Shown: positions 43,625-55,272, numbered from the stretch's first letter. The stretch is 64,000 nt of DNA from Histomonas meleagridis 2922-C6/04-290x (GCA_020184695.1 JAANOX010000153.1:434001-498000), one strand, 5' to 3'. A program made the numbers and translations. The notes: a model not told the origin generated them from the letters alone.

Positions 43625-46600
43625 TCATATGAAGATTTCTTCTTGAGATATACATTTTTCAATATTTTCATGTTCTTTTGATATTTTTTGTTTTCGCATT
43701 TTGGAAAGATAAATGAACACAATTGGTATTGACATGATCAAGAATAAAATAATGAATAAGGCAATGAAAAGAGTTGCATTACTTTTACCAGATGTTTTTT
43801 TATCCTTTGTAATACTTTTAATAGATTTTGCATTTTGTCCCAATTGCGGCCCTAATTGATTTGATTTTTCCGAAACATTTGTTTTGTTTATTTGCTTTTC
43901 ATTTCGAACTATATTTGAATTTTTATGTAGCTTTTTGTCTGAATTTGTTTTATTCACATTTTCCTTTTGTTTAACATCAGTTATGTTTAAATCTCTAGCG
44001 TGCTTTTTAAGATATTTTAAAGATATGTCATCTTTTTGCTTTTCTTGTTTTGTAATAGTTATTTTTTCTTTATTATTTTCATTTGAAACTGTAGAAGCAT
44101 TCTTTTTTTCAATAGTGGCTGCATTTAAATCTACTTCTTCCTTTTTAGGAATCCTTATGGTTATAATATCATTTTGCTTTTTCAATTCAAAAATTTTAAG
44201 ATCTTCATTCTTTGGAATATCTTTAGCATATAAAATCTTTTTTGTTTCCTTATTATTAGTTATAATTTCTTTTTGTTTTTTTGGATTTACTACATTTTTA
44301 TTTTTCTTGAATTTAATTGGAGTATATTCTATTTGTTTATCTGGATGTGTTAAATATATGAATTCTTTTTCTTTTTTAGATTTAATTGGTGTATGTTCTA
44401 ATTGTTTGTCTGGATGTGTTATGTATATGTATTGTTTTTCTTTGTTATCATCATTATCTTTTAAATTATCATTTTTTGAATCAGAAGATTCATCATTCCC
44501 TTCATTAAAACCATTTACATTTGAATCTATTACTTGATTTTCAATATTTGGTATATCTAAATCATCTTTTTGTTTTTCTTTATTATCATCAGTTAAATCT
44601 TCATTATTATCATGTTTTGAATCAGATAGTTCATCAATCTTTTCATCAAAATCATTTACATTTGAATCTATTGTTTGATTTTCAATATTTGATAAATTAA
44701 ATTCATCCTTTTGCTCTTCATTATTATCATGTTTTGAATCAGATAGTTCATCAATCTTTTCATCAAAATCATTTACATTTGAATCTATTGTTTGATTTTC
44801 AATATTTGATAAATTAAATTCATCCTTTTGCTCTTCATTATTGTCATGTTTTGAATCAGATAGTTCATCAATCTTTTCATCAAAATCATTTACGTTTGAA
44901 TCTATTGTTTGATTTTCAATATTTGATAAATTAAATTCATCCTTTTGCTCTTCATTATTGTCATGTTTTGAATCAGATAGTTCATCAATCTTTTCATCAA
45001 AATCATTTACGTTTGAATCCATTGTTTGATTTTCAATATTTGATAAATTAAATTCATCCTTTTGCTCTTCATTATTGTCATGTTTTGAATCAGATAGTTC
45101 ATCAATCTTTTCATCAAAATCATTTACGTTTGAATCCATTGTTTGATTTTCAATATTTGATAAATTAAATTCATCCTTTTGCTCTTCATTATTATCATGT
45201 TTTGAATCAGATAGTTCATCAATCTTTTCATCAAAATCATTTACGTTTGAATCCATTGTTTGATTTTCAATATTTGATAAATTAAATTCATCCTTTTGCT
45301 CTTCATTATTATCATGTTTTGAATCAGATAGTTCATCAATCTTTTCATCAAAATCATTTACGTTTGAATCTATTGTTTGATTTTCAATATTTGATAAATT
45401 AAATTCATCCTTTTGCTCTTCATTATTATCATGTTTTGAATCAGATAGTTCATCAATCTTTTCATCAAAATCATTTACATTTGAATCCATTGTTTGATTT
45501 TCAATATTTGATAAATTAAATTCATCCTTTTGCTCTTCATTATTATCATCAGTTAAATCTTCATTATTATCATGTTTTGAATCAGAAGATTCATCAATCT
45601 TTTCATCAAAATCATTTACATTTGAATCCATTGTTTGATTTTCAATATTTGATATATCTAAATCATCTTTTTGCTCTTCATTATTATCATGTTTTGAATC
45701 AGATAGTTCTTCATTTTTTCCATCAAAATCATTTACATTTGAATCCATTGTTTGATTTTCAATATTTGATATATCTAAATCATCTTTTTGTTCTTCACTG
45801 TAATTTACATTTGGATCCATAATATTTTCTATTGATTCGTGAGAATTACTATTAGTTAAATTTGAATCACTTTCTTGCTCTACCATTTTTAACATATTTA
45901 AATCTTTTTGTTCTTCATCTTCATTAGTAATTAAATCTTCAGTGTCCATAGCAATTTTTAATTCATCATCATTTTCATCATTGTCAGTTACATTTAATTT
46001 TATTAATTTATTATCAATATTAAATGCATAGTTATCATCAAAAGCTAAATCTTTAGTATCATCATTTTTTGATTCAGGAAATTCTACATTATTTTTATTA
46101 GTGTTCATTATATCTGAATTTAATCCATCTTTTTGTTCCTCATTGTCAACTACATTTGGATCTTCTATATTAGCTTCTATTGATTTATCAGAATTACCAT
46201 TATTTTCATCAATATCATTTTCATAAGTATCGTTTATTTGATTTCTTATATTTATTGAATTAAATTCATCCTTTTGTTTTTCATTATTTTTATCAATAGT
46301 TAAATCTTCATTATTATCATATCTTAACACAGAAGATTTATCATTCTTATCAACATTGTCAGCAAGATTTATTGTTTGATTTTCAATATTTATGAAAGTT
46401 AAATCGTCCTTTTTTCCTTCATTTTCAATAGTAGATAAATTATTCATATTATCTTTGATTGATTGAAACGAAGAAACTTTCTTTTCAGTTTTATCTAAAT
46501 CGAAAATTTTTATAGGTTCCCTTGCAAATGAAGATTCATTCATTTCATTAAGATTTTCTAACTCTTTTATATTTTCTTTATTCTTTAATTTTTCTCCAAT

Positions 46601-46675
46601 TATAGTATTTTCTTTATTTGAAATGTTAATATTAGTTTGGGCAATTCCGAGTTTTAGCAAGATAAACACTAACAT
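43625..46675 (-). CDS. Acidic repeat-rich type I surface protein
   Basis: Signal-like MLVFILLKLGIA (ATG at 46675), D/N/E-rich ectodomain with 39-aa repeats, Lys-rich stretch, TM LFIALFIILFLIMSIPIVFIYL. Confidence 0.85.
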   Translation of the reverse strand: MLVFILLKLGIAQTNINISNKENTIIGEKLKNKENIKELENLNEMNESSFAREPIKIFDLDKTEKKVSSFQSIKDNMNNLSTIENEGKKDDLTFINIENQTINLADNVDKNDKSSVLRYDNNEDLTIDKNNEKQKDEFNSINIRNQINDTYENDIDENNGNSDKSIEANIEDPNVVDNEEQKDGLNSDIMNTNKNNVEFPESKNDDTKDLAFDDNYAFNIDNKLIKLNVTDNDENDDELKIAMDTEDLITNEDEEQKDLNMLKMVEQESDSNLTNSNSHESIENIMDPNVNYSEEQKDDLDISNIENQTMDSNVNDFDGKNEELSDSKHDNNEEQKDDLDISNIENQTMDSNVNDFDEKIDESSDSKHDNNEDLTDDNNEEQKDEFNLSNIENQTMDSNVNDFDEKIDELSDSKHDNNEEQKDEFNLSNIENQTIDSNVNDFDEKIDELSDSKHDNNEEQKDEFNLSNIENQTMDSNVNDFDEKIDELSDSKHDNNEEQKDEFNLSNIENQTMDSNVNDFDEKIDELSDSKHDNNEEQKDEFNLSNIENQTMDSNVNDFDEKIDELSDSKHDNNEEQKDEFNLSNIENQTIDSNVNDFDEKIDELSDSKHDNNEEQKDEFNLSNIENQTIDSNVNDFDEKIDELSDSKHDNNEEQKDEFNLSNIENQTIDSNVNDFDEKIDELSDSKHDNNEDLTDDNKEKQKDDLDIPNIENQVIDSNVNGFNEGNDESSDSKNDNLKDNDDNKEKQYIYITHPDKQLEHTPIKSKKEKEFIYLTHPDKQIEYTPIKFKKNKNVVNPKKQKEIITNNKETKKILYAKDIPKNEDLKIFELKKQNDIITIRIPKKEEVDLNAATIEKKNASTVSNENNKEKITITKQEKQKDDISLKYLKKHARDLNITDVKQKENVNKTNSDKKLHKNSNIVRNEKQINKTNVSEKSNQLGPQLGQNAKSIKSITKDKKTSGKSNATLFIALFIILFLIMSIPIVFIYLSKMRKQKISKEHENIEKCISQEEIFI
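44465..45796 (-). repeat. Coding tandem array, 117-bp unit, about 11 copies
   Basis: Unit EEQKDEFNLSNIENQT(M/I)DSNVNDFDEKIDELSDSKHDNN; eight central copies nearly identical. Confidence 0.95.
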
Positions 46676-46848
46676 CAAAATGGGATTTTATATCTTCAAA
46701 CGCAAATAAAAACAAATCCACAAATCGAATACCACTTTACAAATGGAACAGAAAAATATTTTCTTGCCAATTCAAAGTTGAAGTAGAGTTTTTTCGTCTC
46801 ATTTTTTGATAGTTTGTAATTCAATTTTATAAAAAAAGCTTTTACTGA

Positions 46849-47574
46849 TTAATCTTTTTCAGCAACTGCCGTGAGAATTATGTTGATCTCATCTTCATTC
46901 ATGAGGCGATAATTTGTGTTATCTTTGGTAATAACAGCAACTTCGATTTCTTTAGGATCGAAATCTGCACCAACAACTGTTTGAAGTGTAGAAACAACAA
47001 ATTCGGCAGTGTCTTTTGTGGTCTCCATTGGACGAATCTTCTTTTCAAGTGTACTTAATGCTTCAGTCTCTTTAACACCGCATGAGACAGCTTTGTAGCC
47101 ACATGAAACACCTGATGGATCAACTTTGTACAGATCAAAATCCTTTTTGGATGGTTCGTAGCCAAAGAGAATGGATGATACAGCTGTTGGACGTGCAGAC
47201 GAATATTGTGATTCAATTTGATGAATTTCAGATAACCTGCTGGCTAATATAGAAACTGGTATCTCAATTCCGTTCTTGTGTTCAAATAAGGCAGCTTCAT
47301 AACGAAGTCTCCTGCAGATATAATAAACATCAGAAGTAAGTCCAACAAGGCATGCACCAACATGATCAGTGATTTTGAACATGTGAGTAACTGTTGTTGG
47401 ATCAATAAGTTTGTCTTGAACTTTCTTTTGTACAGCAACAATAACACTTTCTTTGCCTTTTGCTGCAACTGCAGTAACTTCTGCTTGTTTAACTGCTTTA
47501 TATGCATATTCGACTTGCCAAAGGCGTCCTTCTGGTGAAAAGATTGTGATGAAGCGATCTGCTGAGGAAGACAT
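46849..47574 (-). CDS. PSMA6: 20S proteasome subunit alpha-1 (type 6)
   Basis: MSSSADRFITIFSPEGRLWQVEYAYKAV start at 47574; KKVQDKL; Inr-like TCAGT upstream. Confidence 0.9.
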   Translation of the reverse strand: MSSSADRFITIFSPEGRLWQVEYAYKAVKQAEVTAVAAKGKESVIVAVQKKVQDKLIDPTTVTHMFKITDHVGACLVGLTSDVYYICRRLRYEAALFEHKNGIEIPVSILASRLSEIHQIESQYSSARPTAVSSILFGYEPSKKDFDLYKVDPSGVSCGYKAVSCGVKETEALSTLEKKIRPMETTKDTAEFVVSTLQTVVGADFDPKEIEVAVITKDNTNYRLMNEDEINIILTAVAEKD

Positions 47575-48571
47575 TGCCAACTGATCTTTGTTTGACCAAC
47601 TAAAGCAAGGCACCCTAAAAACGTTAATAAAAATCGGAAATAAACGGTTTTTTCTTAATTCAAAGAGAATTTTTTTTTAAATTTGCATAATTTGGAAGAA
47701 TATTCTTCACATTTCACGAAATAATATTAAATGTACTTTATGACACGTTGCATAGATTATTTACATCCCGAAAAACAATTGCAATTAAGGCGTATATTTA
47801 CAAAATATTCAGAAGACGCACTAAAGCCATTGATATTGGTGGAGCATTTGACAAACCACATCAAAATAATTAAGAGAACGTGAGGGATTTAAACCTAAAA
47901 GTAAATCACAAAACATAGAAACACATGAATTAACATCTACATCAGAAACATCATAAAAAATATTACGTCAATAATGCCATCATCTTGACATATTCATATG
48001 ATTCAATAACTTCAACTATATTTGTTTCTGAATGTTATAGCTTGTCTTCGCTTGTTGATATCAACAAATATCTGACTTAAAAAATGTTAATTATGTTGGA
48101 AAAATCGCTCCACGAAATGTACAAACAATGAAACATACTAAAATGAAAAAGTAATAGAAATAATATGCTCAAGAACGAAAATTTTACTGACTTATTACTT
48201 TGTCTATAAAAATTAGTTATTTGCATATAAGGCAATTTTTAAAATATAGATTTAGAATTGTATCAAAATTTCAATGAAATCAGTTGTATGTTGTGCTCTA
48301 ATTGATTTGGACAAATATCTTTTAGCTATTGGTATACAACAAGAAAATTTTTCAATATCGTATAAAAAAGTTTCGTCGATTTTTCTTTCAAAAATTGTAT
48401 CGTTATTAATTCGGGAATTCAATGCTTTATTGGTGGCCACCGATCGTTAAAGGGCCCCTATATTCAACACAATTAGTTACAGTTAATTAATTTTGAATTT
48501 TCAAATCAGTATTTCAGTGATTAAACGCACTTCCATTCAAACTTTGAACTGAATTCAGGTTTGAACAATAA

Positions 48572-50983
48572 ATGTTTTTTTTCTTGTTTATCCTTGGATT
48601 GAGCGATGGTGTTTATGGCGATGATCCTGCTGCTCACTTCTTCACGTATAGAGAATATACTGATCCGACTCCTTCATACACAATCCCGTTAGCAAATTTT
48701 TCAAATGAAATTTGGTCTACAGGAAATTATGAAAAGACAGCAGACTGGATCAAAGTTGGAAACACTAACAGTGGTGGTGTTGTTCAATTTTGGGATAGAA
48801 TTTCTACAATTCCAAATGTCAATTATACACACATTCGCACGAATTGTCGCGCTTCAGGGACACCAAATCCTGATGCTCAATGTTTTCTTCATATGGCCAA
48901 TACTCATCCTCATGCTGATATGAAATATGGAGCTAATGCACCTCATGGAGATTATCGAGTTTACACACTTAGTAACCCAAGAAACCTTAGTGCCACCACT
49001 GATCCATCATTTCGTCTTCAGCTTATTAATACGGGCTCTACAGATGCCACATTTTTGATACCAGAAGTTACTTTATATCTCGAACCGTTTAAAACGTATT
49101 CTAATTATACTAAATCTACAGTACCTAATCATCCAAATGTTCAAAAAATCACAGCCAGTATTACTACCACTGACAAATTTACGTTACAAACATTAGCAAT
49201 CGCGAATCCATATGATTTTCCGGCCAAAATTAAACACTGGTTTTCGATGAGCTTTGACATGAATAGTAGTTATTCAGCAGTCCCACTTATAGCTAATGCC
49301 ACACATATGATAACATATGATATACTTGATGAAAGTTTCTTACATTTGTGGCGTTTATTTAAGAGTTGGTATAACATGACATATGAAACGTCATTTAAAA
49401 TTTCAATTAAGCCACGTAAAAGCTTTGAAATTTCATATTATTTAATCGAACATAATTCAACATCATATGAGGATGCACTTGAATATTTCCAGAATGAATT
49501 TAAAGAAGTATATCAAGTTCAACCATTAGGTTTTGGAGCATCGGTACCATTTCATAATTTAACGAAATGTTTCCCTAATACTGAAGATCGTGATATCTTT
49601 TTAGCGAATTTCCAATGGACAGTTTGGCCAGATACAACTAAAGAATATTTACCAACATTTTATTTCTTAGAGCCCACAATGATACACATTGGCTTTCCAT
49701 ATGATGAAGAACATTTTGAAGAGAATTTTTCAAATTGTCACACAGACACATGCGAATTAATTCGCGATAGTTATGCGTATGATCGAAATCTAAAAGAATA
49801 TCTTTATCCAACATATTCTGGTACACGATCTACCGCAACACTTTTATTTGAAGCTAATGGATTAGCGCATAAATCCTTTCTTAAAAATCTTACAAGACTT
49901 CTGAATAATGGACATCGACCCCCCGCAAATGGATTACATTTTGATTATTATTCATGGAACACAGTCTCTTTTGTACCTAATTGTAAAGAGTTAGTACCAA
50001 ATGTCCTTCCATATTATTTACTTGAAGATGAACGTGATGATTTAACAATTACTATACCTTTAATGGCCGATCATTTTTATCATTTTAAATTATTTAGAGA
50101 TAATGCATCAAAAGGTTATTCATTGAATACTGCATGGATATTACCACAATGGGCGAAGTTTACAGCTGTTGCAGGTTATGAAATTAGTTTTATATCAGGT
50201 AGTACTGTTAGTATTAGTGATTATACACGAATGAGAGCTTGGCAACTTCGATATCATATGGGCTCTCGTCCAATATCATTAATAGATATGACTGATCCAA
50301 GTATACTCAAGGAATATTTCGATGAAATATTTAGTATCCATCTTTCAATTGGTTCGGTTCCATGTTTTTGGAATGATTATTCACATCGATATTTTTGGGA
50401 AGATTGTGATGTCATTAATCAACTTAAAGATGATTATAAAAAATGGTCGCCTGTTATGAAGGCTGTTTTAAATAACACTGTCTTCCAACCAAATAATAGA
50501 AATAAAGTTAAAATGGAATTCCCAAGAGATTCACAAAACCCCGAATATAATGAAGAGGATGAAGTTAATGTAGAAATTCATGATTTGGCTACATGGTGTC
50601 CAAAAGATACGAATGAAACTTCATTAGATAATTGTCATGTCGTAGTTTTCCTTGGATATAATGCACAACATTCTGTAGGAAGTAAATTTAAGCGAACTGC
50701 AAAAATCAAAGTTGACACTGAAAATGATATTACATGCGTATTAAAATCGAAAAATACAAAGTGTGATGTAAGTGGTAACGAAGTAACTGTTTCGATGAAC
50801 GGTATCGATAGCTTAAGAACATTTAGAGCTGTTGTCATCAAAATCGAAGATAATAAAAATAAACAAACAGGCAAAATAGCGGGAATCGTAATATCGGTGT
50901 TGGTGGTTGTTGTGTTAGCAGCTGCTATTATATATGCTCTTGTTATGAAAAGAAAGCGAAATAATTCGAATAAATCGAATTAA
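48572..50983 (+). CDS. Type I membrane protein with a large aromatic-rich ectodomain, function unknown
   Basis: Signal-like MFFFLFILGLS, 803-aa ORF, C-terminal TM IAGIVISVLVVVVLAAAIIYALV followed by KRKR. Confidence 0.8.
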   Translation: MFFFLFILGLSDGVYGDDPAAHFFTYREYTDPTPSYTIPLANFSNEIWSTGNYEKTADWIKVGNTNSGGVVQFWDRISTIPNVNYTHIRTNCRASGTPNPDAQCFLHMANTHPHADMKYGANAPHGDYRVYTLSNPRNLSATTDPSFRLQLINTGSTDATFLIPEVTLYLEPFKTYSNYTKSTVPNHPNVQKITASITTTDKFTLQTLAIANPYDFPAKIKHWFSMSFDMNSSYSAVPLIANATHMITYDILDESFLHLWRLFKSWYNMTYETSFKISIKPRKSFEISYYLIEHNSTSYEDALEYFQNEFKEVYQVQPLGFGASVPFHNLTKCFPNTEDRDIFLANFQWTVWPDTTKEYLPTFYFLEPTMIHIGFPYDEEHFEENFSNCHTDTCELIRDSYAYDRNLKEYLYPTYSGTRSTATLLFEANGLAHKSFLKNLTRLLNNGHRPPANGLHFDYYSWNTVSFVPNCKELVPNVLPYYLLEDERDDLTITIPLMADHFYHFKLFRDNASKGYSLNTAWILPQWAKFTAVAGYEISFISGSTVSISDYTRMRAWQLRYHMGSRPISLIDMTDPSILKEYFDEIFSIHLSIGSVPCFWNDYSHRYFWEDCDVINQLKDDYKKWSPVMKAVLNNTVFQPNNRNKVKMEFPRDSQNPEYNEEDEVNVEIHDLATWCPKDTNETSLDNCHVVVFLGYNAQHSVGSKFKRTAKIKVDTENDITCVLKSKNTKCDVSGNEVTVSMNGIDSLRTFRAVVIKIEDNKNKQTGKIAGIVISVLVVVVLAAAIIYALVMKRKRNNSNKSN

Positions 50984-51285
50984 TTTTTGTAAACACATTA
51001 TTAAATTTCTTTTTAATCATTTTCATAAGATATCTGAATTATGACTGTTAGCGTAGACAAACAATAGGAAATTCATTCGTCATGACGATGGTTTTTTTAT
51101 GTGGAAAACAGTTTCTTGATCATTTAATTTGTCTATTGTTCAAATCATTTTTATTACCAAAAATTTATATTAAAAAAGAATTTGAAGTTCATTACAATAA
51201 AGCCTAAACTATATATGAATTGGACGGCGAAGTGAATGCTCTCTCCAACGTTGATTATACAGAGAAGTAAAAGCTGTCTCAAATA

Positions 51286-51401
51286 CTAATTATGTCGCAA
51301 GGTAAATCTCAATGCTAAACATATCGCTAGGTAAATCTCAATGCTAATTATGTCGCAAGGCAAATATCAATGCTAATCATGTCGAGAGGCAAACGCCACA
51401 G
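51286..51401. repeat. 29-bp minisatellite, four copies
   Basis: CTAATTATGTCGCAAGGTAAATCTCAATG-like units at 51286, 51315, 51344 and 51373. Confidence 0.9.
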
Positions 51402-51480
51402 CAAATGTTTCATTCGCATTTTTCTATATAAAGAAAAAATGAATTTTATTATCAATTTTTAGTAAATTTTTATTAATTCA

Positions 51481-53475
51481 TTAATTTTCAGTCAATCTCT
51501 GGATGAAGTTACAAACCTTTTGTACCTTCTTGCACACCTTTTCTGTCTTCTTCAAGTTCTTTTTCGTCTTCTTATGCTTATATTCCTTTGTGTTCTTGTA
51601 CAAGTTGAGCAGTTCCACAGCCGCAGGGTTACCGCTTTCTTGTGCTGCCTGCATTGCTGTGACCTTCTTGAATGGATTTACCATATGCGATGCGTCAGGC
51701 CACGCGCGGTTCTCCAACAATATTCGCATGCATTCCACGTCGCCATTACCCGCTGCTATAACCAATGGATGTAAGTCTCCTGGATCTTTACATTTATATC
51801 CTTTAATATCAGCACCGAAGTCGAACAACAACTCCAATGCTTTTGCAGCGTGAGCCTCAGCTGCTAATCTAAGATACACGTCAAACGCTCGTACTTTAAC
51901 ATTTGGATCTTGAGCCATTAAACGGAATGTATATATCATCACATTCTTTGCTTGATATTGTACTGCTACTCCCAAATATTTATCTGGTATTACTTTAAAT
52001 ACATTATAATAAACTGAGTTAACAAGGAAGAAATTGTTTCGTGATGAATAATATAATGGCTCACGATTCGTCTTGTCAGGGTTCGTTGACTTTAGACCTA
52101 ACTTCATACATGCGGCAACTATTAATTCAAACCCTTGTTCTGCTGCATATGAAAAAACATCTCGTCCATATCCATCGACTTTGGACATTGTTCCTTTAAG
52201 TATATATAATAAATGTATTAAGTCGCGATATCCTTTTCGAGCACACATTGTAACTAAACAATCGCCTATAAATGGTAAGTTTTGATATTGTTTCCCATCA
52301 ACACCTGTAAACCCAACTAATTTATTGTATCGACCATCATTACCAACATAAAGTTTACGTACGCCATCATAGCCAACAACATTTGATGGTTCCGCAACTG
52401 CACTACATTCTTCATATATTGGTTTGAATAAAGCAAAATTGTCAAGATCTGGCTTCAGCTGATCCATTGGATATAAATCAAGGATAACATGATAATTACG
52501 GAATTCAAAGGCATACCAAATGGCTGGAAGATTGTAGAAATGATCTTCAAAGACTGATAACTTACAATTTTGGATAAGATAATCAACCATTGCTATGTTG
52601 CGCCCACAAATTGCTGCACATAAACAACCATTGATGTTTGTCTCGCCTAATTGATAAAGGCGCTCAAAAAGCTGGATGTTACCAACATACGCAGCTGAGT
52701 GAAGGACGCCCCAACCATATGCATCGCGTACATTAATTGGAAGCTTATATTCGCCAATAAGAAATTCAAATACTTGATATGCACGATATAAAATAGCTGC
52801 TGAAACAATGGGATGTTGTGTTTCTGGTAAGCCTGCAATCGATACCTTATGTTGTGTAACGAAATTCTTTTGTGGATTAAATAATGCACGCGCATTATTG
52901 ATGTCATCATTGATAAGTGCTAAGTCAAAATCATCAGCACCAAAATACAAACGATGTGAACGGAAGTTCATCCAACAATCTCGACTAAGATTTTGATATT
53001 CTTGTGGGGTCAATCCAAGCTTTTTATTGTATGCTTCAGGACCATATATAATTTCAAGTTCAGGGGAAACAAGCATACTGTCACCCTGAGGACTATTATC
53101 GTCTGCAAAACGAAGCCTAAAAGCATCAACAACTGTATCGGCTGTAAAAAGACCAAGATCACAGCATGTAAAGAAGAAATAAATATTGTTTTTGACTGCT
53201 GTATAGGCAAAAAGTTCACGACGATCTGGATCCAAAAAATCAAATAATACATCAACAAGTGCTTGTGTATGCCTTGGACGGAAAGGATCAGCAGAAGTTA
53301 ATATAACACTGATAATATCAGAGGAATAGTCAACATGAAAAGTTCTTAAAAAATTACGGATCTCTTGTCTAACAGTTGGATTACCTTCATAATCGTGAAG
53401 AGTATTAAGAATTAATACGCATTGTTGGAGGAATTTTTTAACAGATTCGACAGCAAATGGAGTGTTTGAATCCAT
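51481..53475 (-). CDS. Ankyrin-repeat protein with a divergent DUF3447-like central region, uninterrupted
   Basis: RDAYGWGVLHSAA, VDGYGRDVFSYAA, HPLVIAAGNGDVECMRILL; 664-aa continuous ORF. Confidence 0.8.
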   Translation of the reverse strand: MDSNTPFAVESVKKFLQQCVLILNTLHDYEGNPTVRQEIRNFLRTFHVDYSSDIISVILTSADPFRPRHTQALVDVLFDFLDPDRRELFAYTAVKNNIYFFFTCCDLGLFTADTVVDAFRLRFADDNSPQGDSMLVSPELEIIYGPEAYNKKLGLTPQEYQNLSRDCWMNFRSHRLYFGADDFDLALINDDINNARALFNPQKNFVTQHKVSIAGLPETQHPIVSAAILYRAYQVFEFLIGEYKLPINVRDAYGWGVLHSAAYVGNIQLFERLYQLGETNINGCLCAAICGRNIAMVDYLIQNCKLSVFEDHFYNLPAIWYAFEFRNYHVILDLYPMDQLKPDLDNFALFKPIYEECSAVAEPSNVVGYDGVRKLYVGNDGRYNKLVGFTGVDGKQYQNLPFIGDCLVTMCARKGYRDLIHLLYILKGTMSKVDGYGRDVFSYAAEQGFELIVAACMKLGLKSTNPDKTNREPLYYSSRNNFFLVNSVYYNVFKVIPDKYLGVAVQYQAKNVMIYTFRLMAQDPNVKVRAFDVYLRLAAEAHAAKALELLFDFGADIKGYKCKDPGDLHPLVIAAGNGDVECMRILLENRAWPDASHMVNPFKKVTAMQAAQESGNPAAVELLNLYKNTKEYKHKKTKKNLKKTEKVCKKVQKVCNFIQRLTEN

Positions 53476-53812
53476 TCTTTAAGTTGATTTTATGAATGTT
53501 TCATCAACGGCTTTTCAATTCGTCTCAATTTTTCAGAAGCCGTTCTAATTTGAGCCGGCTTTTTGATAGTAATAAAACGAAAATTGAATGCGATTTTTTG
53601 GCCAAATTCGGTTAAATGGCGCCATTTATCGGGAAAAAAACACGTTTTTTTTCAAAAATAAATGATTCTTTTACAAACATTTTATTATACCAAGAAACTA
53701 ATAAAGGATTAATAATAAACACTAATTTTGATCTTCATAATATGATCAGGAAATGAGATTCGATTCTACAGTTAATTCACCGGAATAACCGAAAATTTAT
53801 CAGGCGGGTTAA

Positions 53813-55086
53813 TTAACCGTCGTTTTTTAATCCAACTACAACAGGCCATTTTGGTTGTCCAGTCGCCATCACAGCTTCAACAATAGTTAACATAGCTGTT
53901 CTAATTTCAGTTTTATGTCCTTCAGGAATTATCATTACTTTTTTGCCTCTAATTAAACCTAAAGATTTATTACCAAAAAGAACATACTTCCCACTGTTGG
54001 CATTCCATATAACCAAAGGCTTATGTCTTTCTGCTTGATTAACTATTTTTAATGTAAATTCATATCTTTCTTTATATTTCTGTGGTATTTGATTAATCTC
54101 ATATGTTTTTGTAAGATTACCTTTTTTTGTAGATATTTGTATTTGTTTTCCATTTGAAAGAATTTTGAATAATGTTGGGTGTTCAAACAAATCAAGAACA
54201 ATTGTTCCATCTGCTTGAATTTCAACAACGCCACCATTAAATGGACATTTCTTTGGTTCTATAATAGTGCTATTTGTTATGAATGGATGTGATAATATAT
54301 CTGCTATTGTTGGACGTTCATTCATCTTTTTGTTAAGTAAACGACATATTAAATCAGCTGCTTTAGGATCTACATCTGGTGGAAGTTCAAAGCTTCCATT
54401 TTTTGCAAGTTTTAAAGTTTCATCTCTGCTTGCACTTGCAAATGGTGGATGACCTGTGACAAGTGTAAATAAGACACCACCAATGCTCCATAAATCAGAT
54501 ACAAGTGTAACTCCTTTTTGGTTGTAAATTTCTGGTGAAATGTAGTTAAGTGTTCCGCAAATAGTATTGCCTTCAAGTTTAAGTGAGTTAATTGTGGTAG
54601 CAAGGCCAAAATCGCATAACTTTATATTATTGTCTTTATCTAAAAGCATATTACTTGGTTTTATATCACGATGTACTATAATCTTTGAATGCAAATATCT
54701 AACAGCTTGAACTAAATCATATATGTAATGACGTACTTGATCAATAGGTATTTGTTTGTTTTCATATTTATCCATAACATCTAAAATATTACCATTGGGA
54801 CAATATTCCATGACAATATATGAAACTCCATCTTCTTCAAAATATGCATAAAATTGGACAATATTTCGGTGTTTGAGGGTTTGATGGATTTTAACTTCAC
54901 GATCAATTCTTGATAATCTACGTTGATCAAAATCATGTTTTATGCATTTAATAGCAACTTCTCTTTTTTCAATCAGATCAAATGCTCTTACAACTTTACC
55001 GAACCCTCCTTTCCCAATAGTATTTCCAATTTTATACTGGCTTAAGCATCTTCTTGTTTTATTCGTTGATTTTATTTGGGCGGCAT
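53813..55086 (-). CDS. Polo-like kinase 4 (SAK)-like kinase; 1-nt frameshift after codon 4 in this sequence
   Basis: GKGGFGKV, VAIK, HRDIKPSN, DFG, GTLNYISPE; C-terminus resembles the PLK4 cryptic polo box. The frame is open upstream of 54811 without an in-frame ATG; the ATG at 55086 follows an Inr (TCACT) but is 1 nt out of frame. Confidence 0.7.
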
Positions 55087-55272
55087 TTTAACGTACAGTG
55101 ATTCAATTCACTTCAAATTTTTGAATGAAAAGATTTTTGGTGGCGCCGAAACAGAAAAGCACTTTTCTGATCGGTTTTAATTAAAAAAGTTATGCTGATA
55201 CACTTGGTTTTTTCCTAAAAATTTAGAATTGATTATAAATTCTTAAATTTATTACATTAATAAATCATTTAT

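Noticed and set aside
47740-47881. 47-aa ORF MTRCIDYLHPEKQ... in the intergenic gap
   Set aside because: No recognisable motif or promoter; may be a decayed fragment but unsupported.
51255-51280. U6 snRNA (ACAGAGAAG)
   Set aside because: Downstream sequence lacks the AUUAGCAUGG/AGC triad context and internal stem-loop.
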